64,000 nucleotides of DNA, from the NCBI GenBank assembly GCA_019358915.1, contig JAHHIM010000009.1, positions 1-64,000 on the forward strand, read 5' to 3'. The translations under genes were made by a program, and so were the position numbers. Source of the DNA: Trichormus sp. ATA11-4-KO1. GTDB lineage: Bacteria; Cyanobacteriota; Cyanobacteriia; Cyanobacteriales; Nostocaceae. How positions within the stretch are numbered: the first letter of the stretch is position 1; every line of letters begins with the position of its first letter. Below, one piece after another: positions 21,930 to 32,565 of the stretch. The notes under the pieces are model-generated. The model was not told the origin of the DNA. It searched no databases and saw only the letters and a program-made list of their open reading frames with translations.

Positions 21930-22093
21930 GCTTTAACTTTTCTCAAATCTGTTTAAGCTAGGGTATCAAATTGTGAGGGGATTTGGAGCGGTTTTTTTGC
22001 CAGTAACCATTAAGATGGGGAACAGGGAACAGGAAATGGAGAACGGTAAAAAATGGCTAAAGCTATTTTAAATATTGAATACAGGGGTTTTGT

Positions 22094-24043
22094 TTAATCA
22101 GTTGCTGTATTCTGTTGGCTGAGAGTTGGTGTTGGGCTAGTTGTTAAGGAAATATTACTGGTGGTATCAGTCATTCCTGGGTTTTTGTCACGTATTAGAT
22201 GGCTAATTTGACCGATTAATTCGCTTAATTTACCTTCATCAAGTAGAGTATTGATTAAAGAAAGTCCACTAGTAGATAAAAGTAATTTGTTGATATCTTG
22301 ACTGCCGTTACTACCATTTGCCCCTGGGAATGAGTAAATGCGAGTATCTCCTAAAACTCCTGGTTGTGGTGCTAAGGCGGTGACAATTTCTGGAAGTTTA
22401 TCGGCTAATTCCGGCCAAATTGTCGTGAGAATTTTGGCGGTGAGGTTGGCGTTGCTAATAGTATTTTCGGCGGCAATTTTCACTTGCAAAGCCTCTGCTT
22501 CTGCTAAGACTTTATCGCGGTTAGCTGCTGCGAGGATGCGAATTGCCTCAGCTTCTAATTCTGCTGCTTCTTGAGCGATTTCTGCTTGACGACGACGGCG
22601 GAAGGCATCGATTTCAACAACGTTGCGATCGCTAATACTTCTTTCTTGAGCTTCTCGTTCAGCAGCAATTGTGGATAAGCGCTTGTTGCGTTCGGCTTTT
22701 TCAATTTCACCTGCTGTATTGACTGATTCTTGGGCTTTGGCTTGTTCTGCTTGTGCAAGAAAGCTTTCACGCTTTTTAGTAGCAATGGCGATCGCCACGT
22801 CTTCCTGAGCTATTCGTGCTAGTTTTTCTGACTCGACTATCTGCACTTGTGCTTGCAACCTGCCAGACTCTACCTTTTGTTGGCGCTCAATTTCGGCAAT
22901 TTCCGCTTCTTGTTTTTGCAGTGCTTGTGTCACTTTTAGCTGTTTATTGCGCTCTTCTAGGGCAATATCGGCTTCAATTTGGCTTTGTTGCAAAGCTAAT
23001 TTTTTGCGGATTTCTTCCTCTTCAACTAATTTTTCCTGCAAAATTTTACTTCTTTGGATTGCTGCTGCTTCTTTATCTTTTGCTTCTTGAATTTCCCGTT
23101 CTCGCTGTGCCTTTAACGCCTCTACTTGTAATTTTTGTCCTAGTTTAGCGCTTTCTTGTTCTTGGGCAATTTGGAGCGATCGCTTTTGGGCATCTAGTTC
23201 TTTTTGTTCGATTGCTACTTGAGTTGTCAATTCTACTTCGCGTTTTTGTTGAATGGAACGCTGAATAATTTCTGTTCGTAAACGCACACCTTGGGCATCA
23301 AAGAAACTATCAGGATCATAGGTAACACTCTCTAATATTTCCGAAATGGCAATGTTATTTAGAGTTAATCCTACTTTTTTCAAATCTGGTTCAACTAAAT
23401 TCAAGACTTCTTGGGCAAACCCCAATTTATCAGAATCAATTTCTGCTATATCTTTAGTTTTTGCTGCTGCTCTAATTGCATCATCTGCTCGTTTTTCTAA
23501 AGCATTTTTGATATCTTCAGGGGTAATTTTGTTACCATTTTGCGATAATCTGGCTGCTGCTGTTAAAACATCTTCTTCGGAAGCATTAATACATACATAA
23601 AAGGTGACCCTGATATCTGCTCTCAGGTAATCTTTAGTCCGTACAGCTAATTTTCCAGTACGTTCCACATCAATGGAAATTTCTCGTAAAGGAACGCGGG
23701 TAAGCTGATGAAACCCAGGTAAAACAATACAACCACCATAGAGAATTACTGATTTCTTTTTAATAAAAAGTCCCCCAGTTCTCACAAAAGCTTCGTTGTT
23801 GGGTGTGACTTCGTAAACTCGTGTATAAGCGTAAAGGCTTAAAAGCAGCAAGACAACTAAAGCTGCAATAACTCCCGGAAATAGTAATCCACTATTAATT
23901 TGAGCAATAGTCGGCTTGACTGTGACTGGAATGGTGGTAACAGTTAATTTTGTCTGATTCTGCTTTGGTTGCAGCTGAATTGATGAAATTTCATTGGCTG
24001 CAACACTTGGTAATGACTGGATAAAAGTTAACCAAAATAACAT
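22094..24043 (-). CDS. Flotillin/SPFH (YqiK-like) protein
   Basis: N-terminal TM helix, SPFH region (NEAFVRTG...VRTKDYLRADI) and a long EA/Q-rich coiled coil. Confidence 0.9.
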   Translation of the reverse strand: MLFWLTFIQSLPSVAANEISSIQLQPKQNQTKLTVTTIPVTVKPTIAQINSGLLFPGVIAALVVLLLLSLYAYTRVYEVTPNNEAFVRTGGLFIKKKSVILYGGCIVLPGFHQLTRVPLREISIDVERTGKLAVRTKDYLRADIRVTFYVCINASEEDVLTAAARLSQNGNKITPEDIKNALEKRADDAIRAAAKTKDIAEIDSDKLGFAQEVLNLVEPDLKKVGLTLNNIAISEILESVTYDPDSFFDAQGVRLRTEIIQRSIQQKREVELTTQVAIEQKELDAQKRSLQIAQEQESAKLGQKLQVEALKAQREREIQEAKDKEAAAIQRSKILQEKLVEEEEIRKKLALQQSQIEADIALEERNKQLKVTQALQKQEAEIAEIERQQKVESGRLQAQVQIVESEKLARIAQEDVAIAIATKKRESFLAQAEQAKAQESVNTAGEIEKAERNKRLSTIAAEREAQERSISDRNVVEIDAFRRRRQAEIAQEAAELEAEAIRILAAANRDKVLAEAEALQVKIAAENTISNANLTAKILTTIWPELADKLPEIVTALAPQPGVLGDTRIYSFPGANGSNGSQDINKLLLSTSGLSLINTLLDEGKLSELIGQISHLIRDKNPGMTDTTSNISLTTSPTPTLSQQNTATD

Positions 24044-24066
24044 ATTTTTCTCCTAATTTAATAAAT

Positions 24067-24720
24067 TTAATTTCTCGGCGATGAATTAGCTAACCAACGT
24101 TCTTCATCAGGACTATCTTTAGCAATAACTACGTATTTCTGAGATTTAAATTCAATAATAATTACTTTTTCACCACGTTGGGGGGCAACAGTTGCCCATT
24201 CTGGTAAAACAGCACTAATCGTCAATAGATTTCGTTTTGTATCCAGCACATCTACTTGTCCAATTTTGCTTTGATTTTCCAGAGGAATATAAAAAGAAGC
24301 GACAGTTCCCACACAGCCAATCAAGCGATCGCTACTTGTATCTTCACCAAATTCTGCAAAAATTTTGCCAATTGGTTGGGCGATCAATCTTCCCATAAAT
24401 AAGCTGATGAGTAGGGAACCAAATAACACCATACTAACGACAAAATTAGTAATATTTCCCGTGAAAAGGCTACTAGATAAAACATTCAACATCCAGCCCA
24501 CAATACCCCATAAACTCAAATCTGTTGCCAGTAACAAGATAAGTGGAGCTTTGCCAATACCTAACCATCCCCACAATTGGGAGAAATTAAATTCGCCATT
24601 AGTGTCTGCATCTGCATCTGTATCTTGTTCTCCCCCACCAGAGAAAATCACGAACAAAAATAGTAATACTCCCATCCCCAGGAAAATCCAATAGGGTAAG
24701 TTGGCTGAGCTAAACAGCAT
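24067..24720 (-). CDS. YqiJ/NfeD-like membrane protein with C-terminal OB fold
   Basis: Hydrophobic helices, WLGIGKAP motif, soluble beta-rich tail; immediately upstream of the flotillin. Confidence 0.8.
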   Translation of the reverse strand: MLFSSANLPYWIFLGMGVLLFLFVIFSGGGEQDTDADADTNGEFNFSQLWGWLGIGKAPLILLLATDLSLWGIVGWMLNVLSSSLFTGNITNFVVSMVLFGSLLISLFMGRLIAQPIGKIFAEFGEDTSSDRLIGCVGTVASFYIPLENQSKIGQVDVLDTKRNLLTISAVLPEWATVAPQRGEKVIIIEFKSQKYVVIAKDSPDEERWLANSSPRN

Positions 24721-25071
24721 AAAATTTTGTGAATTTATCTAGTTACACTAAAGTCTATGAAATTAATATTACACTTTTCAACACAAAAGACTACATTGTC
24801 TATTTCACAAATGTTTTTTATTTAAATATAAAAATATATTTCTTGATGATTTGTAGCAAAATCAGTGAATAAATTTAGCTTTTTTCAAAAAATAAAATAT
24901 TAAATTTGCCTTAAAATATTAACAGCAATATTCAATTATGAACAAGCACTCATACTTTGGTAAGAAGAGAGATGTGATGGAGATGTGGACTAAAGCCAAA
25001 TTTTCCTCTTTAAGGTTTAGCCTGATGGGGGCTAGAATTGCTACGATACTTTCAGATTAGATATTGAAGCC

Positions 25072-27522
25072 TTGATCCAATCTGAAACCTTAGAACTACT
25101 AGAATGGCATCGCCTTTGCCAGCATCTTTCCACATTTGCGGCAACTAAGCTCGGGGCGATCGCATCACTTCAGCTCCAAATACCTGCATCTCAGGCAGCA
25201 AGTGAGCAGTTATTAGATCAAACTAAAGAAATTTACCAACTGGAAAGTCGTTTTACCACAGGCCTGTCGTTTGAGGGCATTCAAGATATTGGTGATTCCT
25301 TAGAACGGGCAGAACGTAGCGGCATTTTAGCAGGCGATGAATTACTAGCGATCGCTACTACCCTGGCAGGAGCGAGAAATTTACGCCGTGTCATTGATAA
25401 CCAAGAAGACTTGCCCATACTGACACAGTTAGTTGCCGATTTGCGGACTTATCCAGAATTAGAGCAAGAAATCCACCGTTGTATCGATGAACGGGGACAG
25501 GTAACTGATCGCGCCAGCCAAAAACTGGGAGAAATTCGCACAGATTTGCGGAAAGTGCGGAGTCAAATTACCCAAAAACTGCAAAATATTTTACAAGCGA
25601 AATCCGGAGCAGTCCAAGAACAGCTAATTACCCAACGAGGCGATCGCTTTGTGATCCCCGTGAAAGCACCCCAAAAAGATGCGATCCCTGGCATTGTGCA
25701 TGATACCTCTACCAGTGGTGCCACTCTCTACGTAGAACCTAATTCCGTAGTGCCTCTGGGTAATCAATTACGGCAGACAATTAGAAAAGAACAAGTAGAA
25801 GAAGAAGCAATTCGCCGTACCTTAACAGAGCAAGTGGCAGCAGTCAAATCTGACTTAGAAAGATTGTTAGCCATTGTCACCACGTTAGATTTAGCAACCG
25901 CCAGAGCCAGATATAGTTTCTGGTTAGGGGCAAATCCCCCACGCTTGATCAAGCGCGAAGAAAATGAAATTATTACTCTGCGGAATTTACGGCATCCCCT
26001 ATTAGTGTGGCAGCAGCATCACGAACAAGGTCAACCCGTAGTTCCCGTAGATTTGCTAATTAGTCCCCATATACGGGTAGTAACCATCACTGGGCCAAAT
26101 ACTGGAGGTAAAACTGTCACCTTAAAAACCCTAGCTTTAGCAGCCTTAATGGCCAAGGTGGGTTTATTTGTTCCCGCCCGTGAACCAGTAGAAATACCTT
26201 GGTTTGACCAAGTATTAGCCGATATTGGTGACGAACAATCCCTCCAGCAAAGTTTGTCTACATTTTCTGGTCATATTCGCCGCATTAGTCGGATTTTGGA
26301 CGCATTGGGAACTGGGGATCGGGAACTGAGGACTGGAAATAAGGAAGAAAATGCTACCTTGTCCCTTAACTCAGCACTCAGCACTCAGCACTCAGCACTT
26401 ATCCTCCTCGATGAAGTCGGTGCGGGAACCGATCCCGTTGAAGGTAGCGCTTTAGCGATCGCTTTGCTGCAATATTTAGCCAATCATGCCCAACTAACTA
26501 TCGCCACAACTCACTTTGGTGAATTAAAAGCACTGAAATACGAAGATGCACGGTTTGAAAATGCTTCAGTAGAATTTGATGAAAGTACACTTTCACCTAC
26601 GTATCGTCTACTTTGGGGCATTCCTGGACGTTCCAACGCTTTGACAATTGCTCGACGTTTAGGGCTAAAACCAGAAGTGGTAGAACAGGCTAAAACCCAA
26701 GTAGGAGGAGCCACAGACGAAGTTAACCAAGTGATTGCTGGGTTAGAAGCGCAACGCCGTAGCCAAGAAATCAAAGCGGCGGAAGCCCAAAAATTATTAC
26801 AGCAAGCGGAGAAATTATACAAAGAAGTTTCCGCAAAAGCCGAAGCATTACAAGAGCGAGAAAAGGCTTTGCGGGCTGACCAGGAAGTAGCCGTACAGCA
26901 AGCGATCGCCCAAGCTAAAGGTGAAATTGCCCAAGTGATTCGTCAGTTGCAAAAAGGTACACCCAAAGCTCAAGATGCCCAACAAGCCACCGATACCTTA
27001 AATCAAATTGCCCAAAAATATCAACCAGCAGCGCCACCAAAACCCAAAGTTGGGTTTATGCCCAAAGTAGGCGATCGCGTCCGGATTTCCCAGTTTGGGC
27101 AAACAGCAGAAGTATTAACTGCACCTGATGAGGATGGTGAATTCAGTGTCCGCTTTGGCATGATGAAAATGATCGTGAAACTAGAAGATATCGAATCTTT
27201 AGATGGTCAAAAAGCAGAACCAGTTGTCAAACCAAAGTCAGCCGCCGCCGTAGTGACTCAACCTGAACAAAGTATACCCGCAATTCGCACCTCTAAAAAT
27301 ACAGTAGATTTGCGCGGTAAACGGGTAGCTGATGGAGAAATTATCTTAGATAAGGCAATTTCCGAAGCTACAGGCCCAATCTGGATTATTCATGGACACG
27401 GCACAGGAAAATTGCGGCAAGGAGTCCACGCCTTTTTGCAACAGCACCCCAGAATTAGTAATTATGAACCAGCAGAACAGGCAGACGGCGGCAGTGGTGT
27501 GACTATTGCTCATATTAAATAA
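25072..27522 (+). CDS. mutS2: MutS2 (Smr domain)
   Basis: GPNTGGKT, DIGDEQS..QSLSTFSGH, LLDEVGAGTDP, Smr motif IIHGHGTG; TTG start. Confidence 0.96.
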   Translation: MIQSETLELLEWHRLCQHLSTFAATKLGAIASLQLQIPASQAASEQLLDQTKEIYQLESRFTTGLSFEGIQDIGDSLERAERSGILAGDELLAIATTLAGARNLRRVIDNQEDLPILTQLVADLRTYPELEQEIHRCIDERGQVTDRASQKLGEIRTDLRKVRSQITQKLQNILQAKSGAVQEQLITQRGDRFVIPVKAPQKDAIPGIVHDTSTSGATLYVEPNSVVPLGNQLRQTIRKEQVEEEAIRRTLTEQVAAVKSDLERLLAIVTTLDLATARARYSFWLGANPPRLIKREENEIITLRNLRHPLLVWQQHHEQGQPVVPVDLLISPHIRVVTITGPNTGGKTVTLKTLALAALMAKVGLFVPAREPVEIPWFDQVLADIGDEQSLQQSLSTFSGHIRRISRILDALGTGDRELRTGNKEENATLSLNSALSTQHSALILLDEVGAGTDPVEGSALAIALLQYLANHAQLTIATTHFGELKALKYEDARFENASVEFDESTLSPTYRLLWGIPGRSNALTIARRLGLKPEVVEQAKTQVGGATDEVNQVIAGLEAQRRSQEIKAAEAQKLLQQAEKLYKEVSAKAEALQEREKALRADQEVAVQQAIAQAKGEIAQVIRQLQKGTPKAQDAQQATDTLNQIAQKYQPAAPPKPKVGFMPKVGDRVRISQFGQTAEVLTAPDEDGEFSVRFGMMKMIVKLEDIESLDGQKAEPVVKPKSAAAVVTQPEQSIPAIRTSKNTVDLRGKRVADGEIILDKAISEATGPIWIIHGHGTGKLRQGVHAFLQQHPRISNYEPAEQADGGSGVTIAHIK

Positions 27523-27860
27523 ACAGGCAATAAATATCACGGATGCAGGCTACTAAGTTGTTAATTGCTAATTACTAAATTCCCCAAGATTATGAGCAAT
27601 TAGCAATTAGATATTATCTAAATTCAGTAATGTTCATTTATACATTTGTACTGAACAGGAGGATAAGATTAGGAATACTTTACTAGTTTTATCAATTGAA
27701 TTTGTTGAAAATAAATTTTCATCTAGTAGAGTAAGACAAAGACAACAGCTGTTTACCAAAGTGAGACGAGCTAGCTAATAGCGATGGGAAACCAACCCGG
27801 ATATTTCCGAGTCTGGTTTCAAAATGGGTAACAGCAACAGCCCTTACAGCCTGATCACCT

Positions 27861-28466
27861 ATGCTAAAAGTTATGCACTCGGCCGCCGATTCAGCCACAC
27901 CAAATCCCCAATGGGAGGATTTAATCAAGCTTCCAGCTCCAAATACAGTGCAATGGGACAATATTAAAACCCAGTTAGACTTGGTGCTGTTGGCGCTAGA
28001 AACTTTAACTGGTATTGGTTCCGAGGCAATGCTCTCTGCGGCAATTAATCTGAATTTAGAGTCGAGAGTGCCAGACCGGGTAGCTTTATGGCGACTGCGT
28101 CAGTCTAATCCCCTACGTAAAGGTCAAGGTGGGCGAAAAAAGCTAGATGTAGAAGAAGCGCGATCGCTTGTTCTCATCACCTGCTATCTCGCCAAACAGC
28201 ACCAAGAATTGATTCGCCGTGCTGTTAGTCTACTAGAACAAATGGCCGAAAAAAAGCAGGAACCTCATCAGGCTGCCTTACTTGGAGATTATATCGATGC
28301 TTTCTGCAACACCTACCAAGAACGGATGGAAGAGGATGACCAAATATCCACGGATCTCCTCACCCACTTGGCGCTAAAACTGCTTGTAGATTTACTGTTT
28401 TACGGTGCTACTGGTGGACACCGCCGTCTCTGGCTAGCACTCATAGACCGTTCTGCAAAATTTTAG
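27861..28466 (+). CDS. DUF3038 family protein
   Basis: LDLVLLALE, LWRLRQSNPLR, KLLVDLLFY...RLW; family recalled. Confidence 0.8.
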   Translation: MLKVMHSAADSATPNPQWEDLIKLPAPNTVQWDNIKTQLDLVLLALETLTGIGSEAMLSAAINLNLESRVPDRVALWRLRQSNPLRKGQGGRKKLDVEEARSLVLITCYLAKQHQELIRRAVSLLEQMAEKKQEPHQAALLGDYIDAFCNTYQERMEEDDQISTDLLTHLALKLLVDLLFYGATGGHRRLWLALIDRSAKF

Positions 28467-28493
28467 ATCATCGTCTCCCTCGCCGTTCCTGCC

Positions 28494-30089
28494 ATGCCAT
28501 TATCAAATTCTGTCATTCGTCGCTACACACCTCCGACCTGTACTCTAGAAATATTGGCGCAAAGCTCACCTTTATCCCATTGGATGGGTAAAACCGTGAT
28601 TAAGCAGTTAAGCTTTGAGCTGCGCTTTGATGATCCGCAACTACCAGAAGAAAAAAGATTTCTCATTCGAGGCGATCGCGACCAACTAGAAATTTTGTGC
28701 GATGTTGTCACCAGCTACGTACAAGAATTTCTTCAGCAGCCTCCAGAAAATTTTTGGCTCAGTCTGGCTGAACCTCAGGATTCCAGTAAAGTATCTAGTG
28801 AATCAGAGTTCACAGATTTTCAGCAATCTTCACTACCAACTATTAAAACATTCAAATCTTTTAACTCCCAAATACCAGGGGGCAAAATCCGCTTAGAACC
28901 AGGTAATTATTTAACTCACAATCTATTTCTTGGTTCCCTCGCTAACCAGACATCTGGTTCTGTAATTCAACTGAGTCTGCTGCAACTATTCGATTTAGCA
29001 ACTGCCTTAGACGAATACTCTGCTGATGTCATGGCGTTACCAAATCTTCATCACAATAGTTTCACTCTGCGTTTACCAACCTGGGCACCTATTGCCGCAG
29101 TCATGGTATTAGGTGTAGGTTTACTACCAGTGACGTTGCAATATGCCAATAACAATAGGCAAAAGCAACCGCAGATAGCCAAATCAGTCGATCCAAAACA
29201 GGCAGGAAATGCGCTAGAATCCTCGCCTTCATTCGACTTTCCCACACAGCAACCCGAACTCACACCGCCGGATGATTTGACATCGTTGCCACTGATCGGC
29301 TCAGACTCGCAACTTCCCACGGCTAGTTTACCTCAACAGCCCTCAACATCATCTAGTTCCACTCTTTCCGCCAATTCCTCCGCATCCCTCAATTCTGGTT
29401 TATCCCCAGCATCCCTACCATCTCCACAAGATCCACTGTCTGTAATGGAGTCTCAGATTCCCAACCTGGATAGTAGCTCACAAAAACAAGCATCCACAAC
29501 GATTCCAGACCAGCAAATTGCTATTCAGCCAAATCTCAAGCAAGACACTACAGCAGCAATTCCCCAGAGTGATATTGCTCTCCTCCAAAAGCGGAATTTA
29601 CCACCCAGCTTATCTCCTAACAGAGAAACATCACCCAGTATCTCATCAGTCCCGCCATCTCTGTCTCCCATACCCAATAATGTTCGTAGCAATACCCTGC
29701 CAGTTGAGACACCAGTCAACTCAGGGCAGCTAGAAGAAACAATCAATTCTTCTGCAAATACCTCAGCTCCTCTACCGGAAGAGATTGCTACAGGTAGCAC
29801 CTTGTTTGACACACCCCAGATAGCAGAAGCGAGAGAAATCTTCCAAAAGCGCTGGCAGCCACCTAGTGGATTCACACAAACATTAGAATATAGCTTGATG
29901 GTGGGTGTTGATGGTGCCCTTGAGAGAATATTACCCTTGAATCGGGCAGCGAGAGAATACGTCGAGACGGCGGGGATACCTGAAATTGGTAAACCTTTTG
30001 TTTCGGCTAATAGATATGGACAAAATGTCAGAATTCGAGTTGTTCTCAGTCCTGATGGCAAGGTACAAACCTTTTCAGAAAATGAATAG
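28494..30089 (+). CDS. DUF4335 family membrane protein with Pro/Ser-rich linker
   Basis: RRYTPPTCTLE N-terminus, LQLFDLATALD, one TM helix, C-terminal RWQPP domain; typical DUF3038 partner. Confidence 0.75.
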   Translation: MPLSNSVIRRYTPPTCTLEILAQSSPLSHWMGKTVIKQLSFELRFDDPQLPEEKRFLIRGDRDQLEILCDVVTSYVQEFLQQPPENFWLSLAEPQDSSKVSSESEFTDFQQSSLPTIKTFKSFNSQIPGGKIRLEPGNYLTHNLFLGSLANQTSGSVIQLSLLQLFDLATALDEYSADVMALPNLHHNSFTLRLPTWAPIAAVMVLGVGLLPVTLQYANNNRQKQPQIAKSVDPKQAGNALESSPSFDFPTQQPELTPPDDLTSLPLIGSDSQLPTASLPQQPSTSSSSTLSANSSASLNSGLSPASLPSPQDPLSVMESQIPNLDSSSQKQASTTIPDQQIAIQPNLKQDTTAAIPQSDIALLQKRNLPPSLSPNRETSPSISSVPPSLSPIPNNVRSNTLPVETPVNSGQLEETINSSANTSAPLPEEIATGSTLFDTPQIAEAREIFQKRWQPPSGFTQTLEYSLMVGVDGALERILPLNRAAREYVETAGIPEIGKPFVSANRYGQNVRIRVVLSPDGKVQTFSENE

Positions 30090-30094
30090 TTCAA

Positions 30095-30280
30095 GAAGGA
30101 AGAAGTTTGAAGTCAGGAGTCAGAAGGATGAATTTGGATGGGGATTCCGACCCCTCCCAAATAGGTGCTGCTGAACAAGAAGTCAGAAGGAAGATCATTC
30201 TTCTTCCGTCTGACTTGAAAGTGCTGAGTGCTGAGTGCTGAGTGCTGAGTAAAAATTCTAGTCTCTAGCTTCTAGTCTCT
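30095..30280. repeat. Mixed STRR arrays
   Basis: (gtgctga) x4 at about 30221-30250, gaagtca units, tctagtc units. Confidence 0.75.
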
Positions 30281-30492
30281 CTTTCATACTTGGCTGTGAA
30301 ACTCGTTTCATTGGGACTTCCCTCTGACTTCGTTGATGCCATTTCCGAAACTGGTACAAACCTTGTACCAGTTATTCTTTGATTTAAGTGCTTTTGAATT
30401 TTACATGATTGATTTGGCTGTTATTCTCACATGAAAAACTAGCCACACAACATAAAAAATATTGAACTGCTTTCCTTGATAACAAAGCACAA

Positions 30493-30515
30493 AAGGACTG
30501 GCAAAACCAGTCCTT
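30493..30515 (-). terminator. Intrinsic terminator of the ferredoxin operon
   Basis: Perfect 9-bp stem aaggactgg/ccagtcctt, ending in a T run on the minus strand. Confidence 0.6.
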
Positions 30516-30541
30516 AATTATATTTATGGAATCTTTTTATT

Positions 30542-31003
30542 TTATGAATGGGATTTTTTGTTTTTTAACTTTTGCTTTTTACGCCGCCGTTCAGAAGTAG
30601 AAACTGCTTGTTCCACGGGATAGCCAACAACAGGAATTACCTGATATTTACGCTCTTCCTCTAAAGTTTTTAGTTCAGTGTAATCAACCCAATGGATGCA
30701 ATCAACTGGACAAGTATCAATTGCTTCTTGGATTACCTCTTCTCCATCCCCATCTTGGCGAACCACGCGCGATCGCCCATAATCTGGTTCAATGTAAAAG
30801 GTGTTACGCGCCACATGAGCGCAGTGCTTACAACCAATACAGGTGATTTCGTCAACATAAACACCTCTTTGACGTAACACACCACCTAATTCCGGTTCTA
30901 AACCAGAGCGTTCTGGGTTATCCCGTAAAAAACCGCCTAATTCTGGTTCCAAACCGGAACGATCATCTACTGATTCTCCTGACGACGGCAGAAAATCAGT
31001 CAT
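30542..31003 (-). CDS. Bacterial-type 4Fe-4S ferredoxin-domain protein
   Basis: CIGCKHC ... CPVDCIHW. Confidence 0.88.
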   Translation of the reverse strand: MTDFLPSSGESVDDRSGLEPELGGFLRDNPERSGLEPELGGVLRQRGVYVDEITCIGCKHCAHVARNTFYIEPDYGRSRVVRQDGDGEEVIQEAIDTCPVDCIHWVDYTELKTLEEERKYQVIPVVGYPVEQAVSTSERRRKKQKLKNKKSHS

Positions 31004-31389
31004 TACGCACTCCAGCGTTGTACTACTAGGCGAATCGAACCATCTTGATTTTTTTGTTGTTCAGCCACTTGAAAGCCGACGCGGGCAGTTTCTTTGACAA
31101 CTGCTTGATAAGCATAGCGCTGAGTCACTTGGCGCAAGAATCCATCTACAGACAAGTCTTGTTGCCAATATTGCAAATCAGCTACCAACTCATATTCCTT
31201 GCCATTCCATCTAAAACCGATGTCATAGCCGTTTTCTTGTTCAATAGTTACTTCCGCAGGATGGGTTTGACCGCGATAGCCGCGTACTTCGCGTGGGCCG
31301 GGTTTCCAATCTATACCCAATTCAGTTAGAGCATCTTTCAAAGAGTCAAGGTTACGGATTTGAGTTTTAATTTGGCTAAAGTGTGACAT
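31003..31389 (-). CDS. ycf35: DUF1257 / Ycf35 family protein
   Basis: MSHFSQIKT, DIGFRWNG, ELVADLQYW, TQRYA, DGSIRL. Confidence 0.85.
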   Translation of the reverse strand: MSHFSQIKTQIRNLDSLKDALTELGIDWKPGPREVRGYRGQTHPAEVTIEQENGYDIGFRWNGKEYELVADLQYWQQDLSVDGFLRQVTQRYAYQAVVKETARVGFQVAEQQKNQDGSIRLVVQRWSA

Positions 31390-31427
31390 GGCGGTTGTTA
31401 ATTAATGAAACTAAACGTTTGAGAAAA

Positions 31428-31649
31428 CTACCAATCGCTGTATGTGGCTTGTGTATTAGCTACAGCAGACTGCTGCACTTGAGCTGCGAAAAATTCTGAG
31501 GTTGGCTCATGACTAAGTACTTGCCCCAGCTGTGCCTCTATTGCTGCTGTAACTTCAGCGCAAGAATTACCCACAATGCCAGTGACTTTCTCTTGTACCC
31601 GACCGTCTGGATAAATTATGAACTCTAATGTCTCCATGCTTTTGGCCAA
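31428..31649 (-). CDS. DUF2997 family protein
   Basis: IYPDGRVQEKVTGIVG..C...T..IE..LG......TSEFF; the start may be MET at 31637. Confidence 0.8.
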   Translation of the reverse strand: MAKSMETLEFIIYPDGRVQEKVTGIVGNSCAEVTAAIEAQLGQVLSHEPTSEFFAAQVQQSAVANTQATYSDW

Positions 31650-32178
31650 CCACGATAGTACGATTGAACTGTACTGCCTTAGCAGCAGGCTAAAAATATA
31701 GCCATCGGAACATTGTTACTTAGATACAAATTTGCCATTTGTTAACTAATGTTCCATCTCTCAAAATATATATCTCAGAATCTTTACAAATTTTATTAAA
31801 ATTATAAGCACATACGTCAGTTATTAGTTAGTTTCTCTTAACCTATTCAATTAGTCAAGCTCACCATTAATTGGGCAAAGTAAGCAGGAAAATCGCTAAA
31901 AATAAGCGCTAGCAGTAGTATAGCTAGCCCTGTGATTCACAAAAATATACGTTTTATTGAAAAAGTTTATCATTACTATTGAACTTCTACTATTCTTGCT
32001 ATGGATAGGTTCAATGCAGGTGTAGTTTACCCCAATAGGATTATTTCTATTCAGGCTAATGTCATACTGATGCGATCGCCTTCGCTCAACTCACTGTCAG
32101 ACTGAGAGATAATTGAATGGTGTAGTCTCCAAATAACCGGATGCTCTTCTCATAGCGTCAAGAAGAAAATTTTTCACG

Positions 32179-32565
32179 TTATTCCCACATCCTCTGTACA
32201 GAATAAGTATCGAATTTTGTATCCCTGCTAATAATAGTTAAGGAGTGATTCATTGCTTGTGCAATCAACATCCGGTCAAAAAGGTCGCCATGACGTAGCG
32301 GGAGATTCCGAACTTGAACCGTATCGGCAAAAGAGATCGGAAGTATGAGAATATCTGAAGCTTCTAGCGCAGAACCTATGGTTTCATAGTTCCGTTGCAG
32401 TGATAATTTGCCAAGTTTCAATTTAATGGCAATTTCCCAAAGACTAGCAATACTGAGATAAACCATATCTGCTGTATCGACGATTATTCTTAGATCATCT
32501 GGAAGGCTGGAGTCATTTTCAGTTAGCCAGATAAAAGCATGAGTATCTAAAAGAAAAGCATTCAT
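32179..32565 (-). CDS. vapC: VapC-type PIN toxin
   Basis: LLDTH, SIASLWEIAIK, H.D.FDRMLIAQA, ISRD. Confidence 0.9.
   Translation of the reverse strand: MNAFLLDTHAFIWLTENDSSLPDDLRIIVDTADMVYLSIASLWEIAIKLKLGKLSLQRNYETIGSALEASDILILPISFADTVQVRNLPLRHGDLFDRMLIAQAMNHSLTIISRDTKFDTYSVQRMWE

Noticed and set aside
22094..24720. Flotillin plus membrane OB-fold pair as a novel system
   Set aside because: Matches the known yqiJ-yqiK / NfeD-flotillin arrangement.
29525..30094. 189-aa antisense ORF over DUF4335
   Set aside because: Fully overlaps a real gene and shows no motif.
31714..31730. NtcA site upstream of DUF2997
   Set aside because: Does not fit GTA-N8-TAC.
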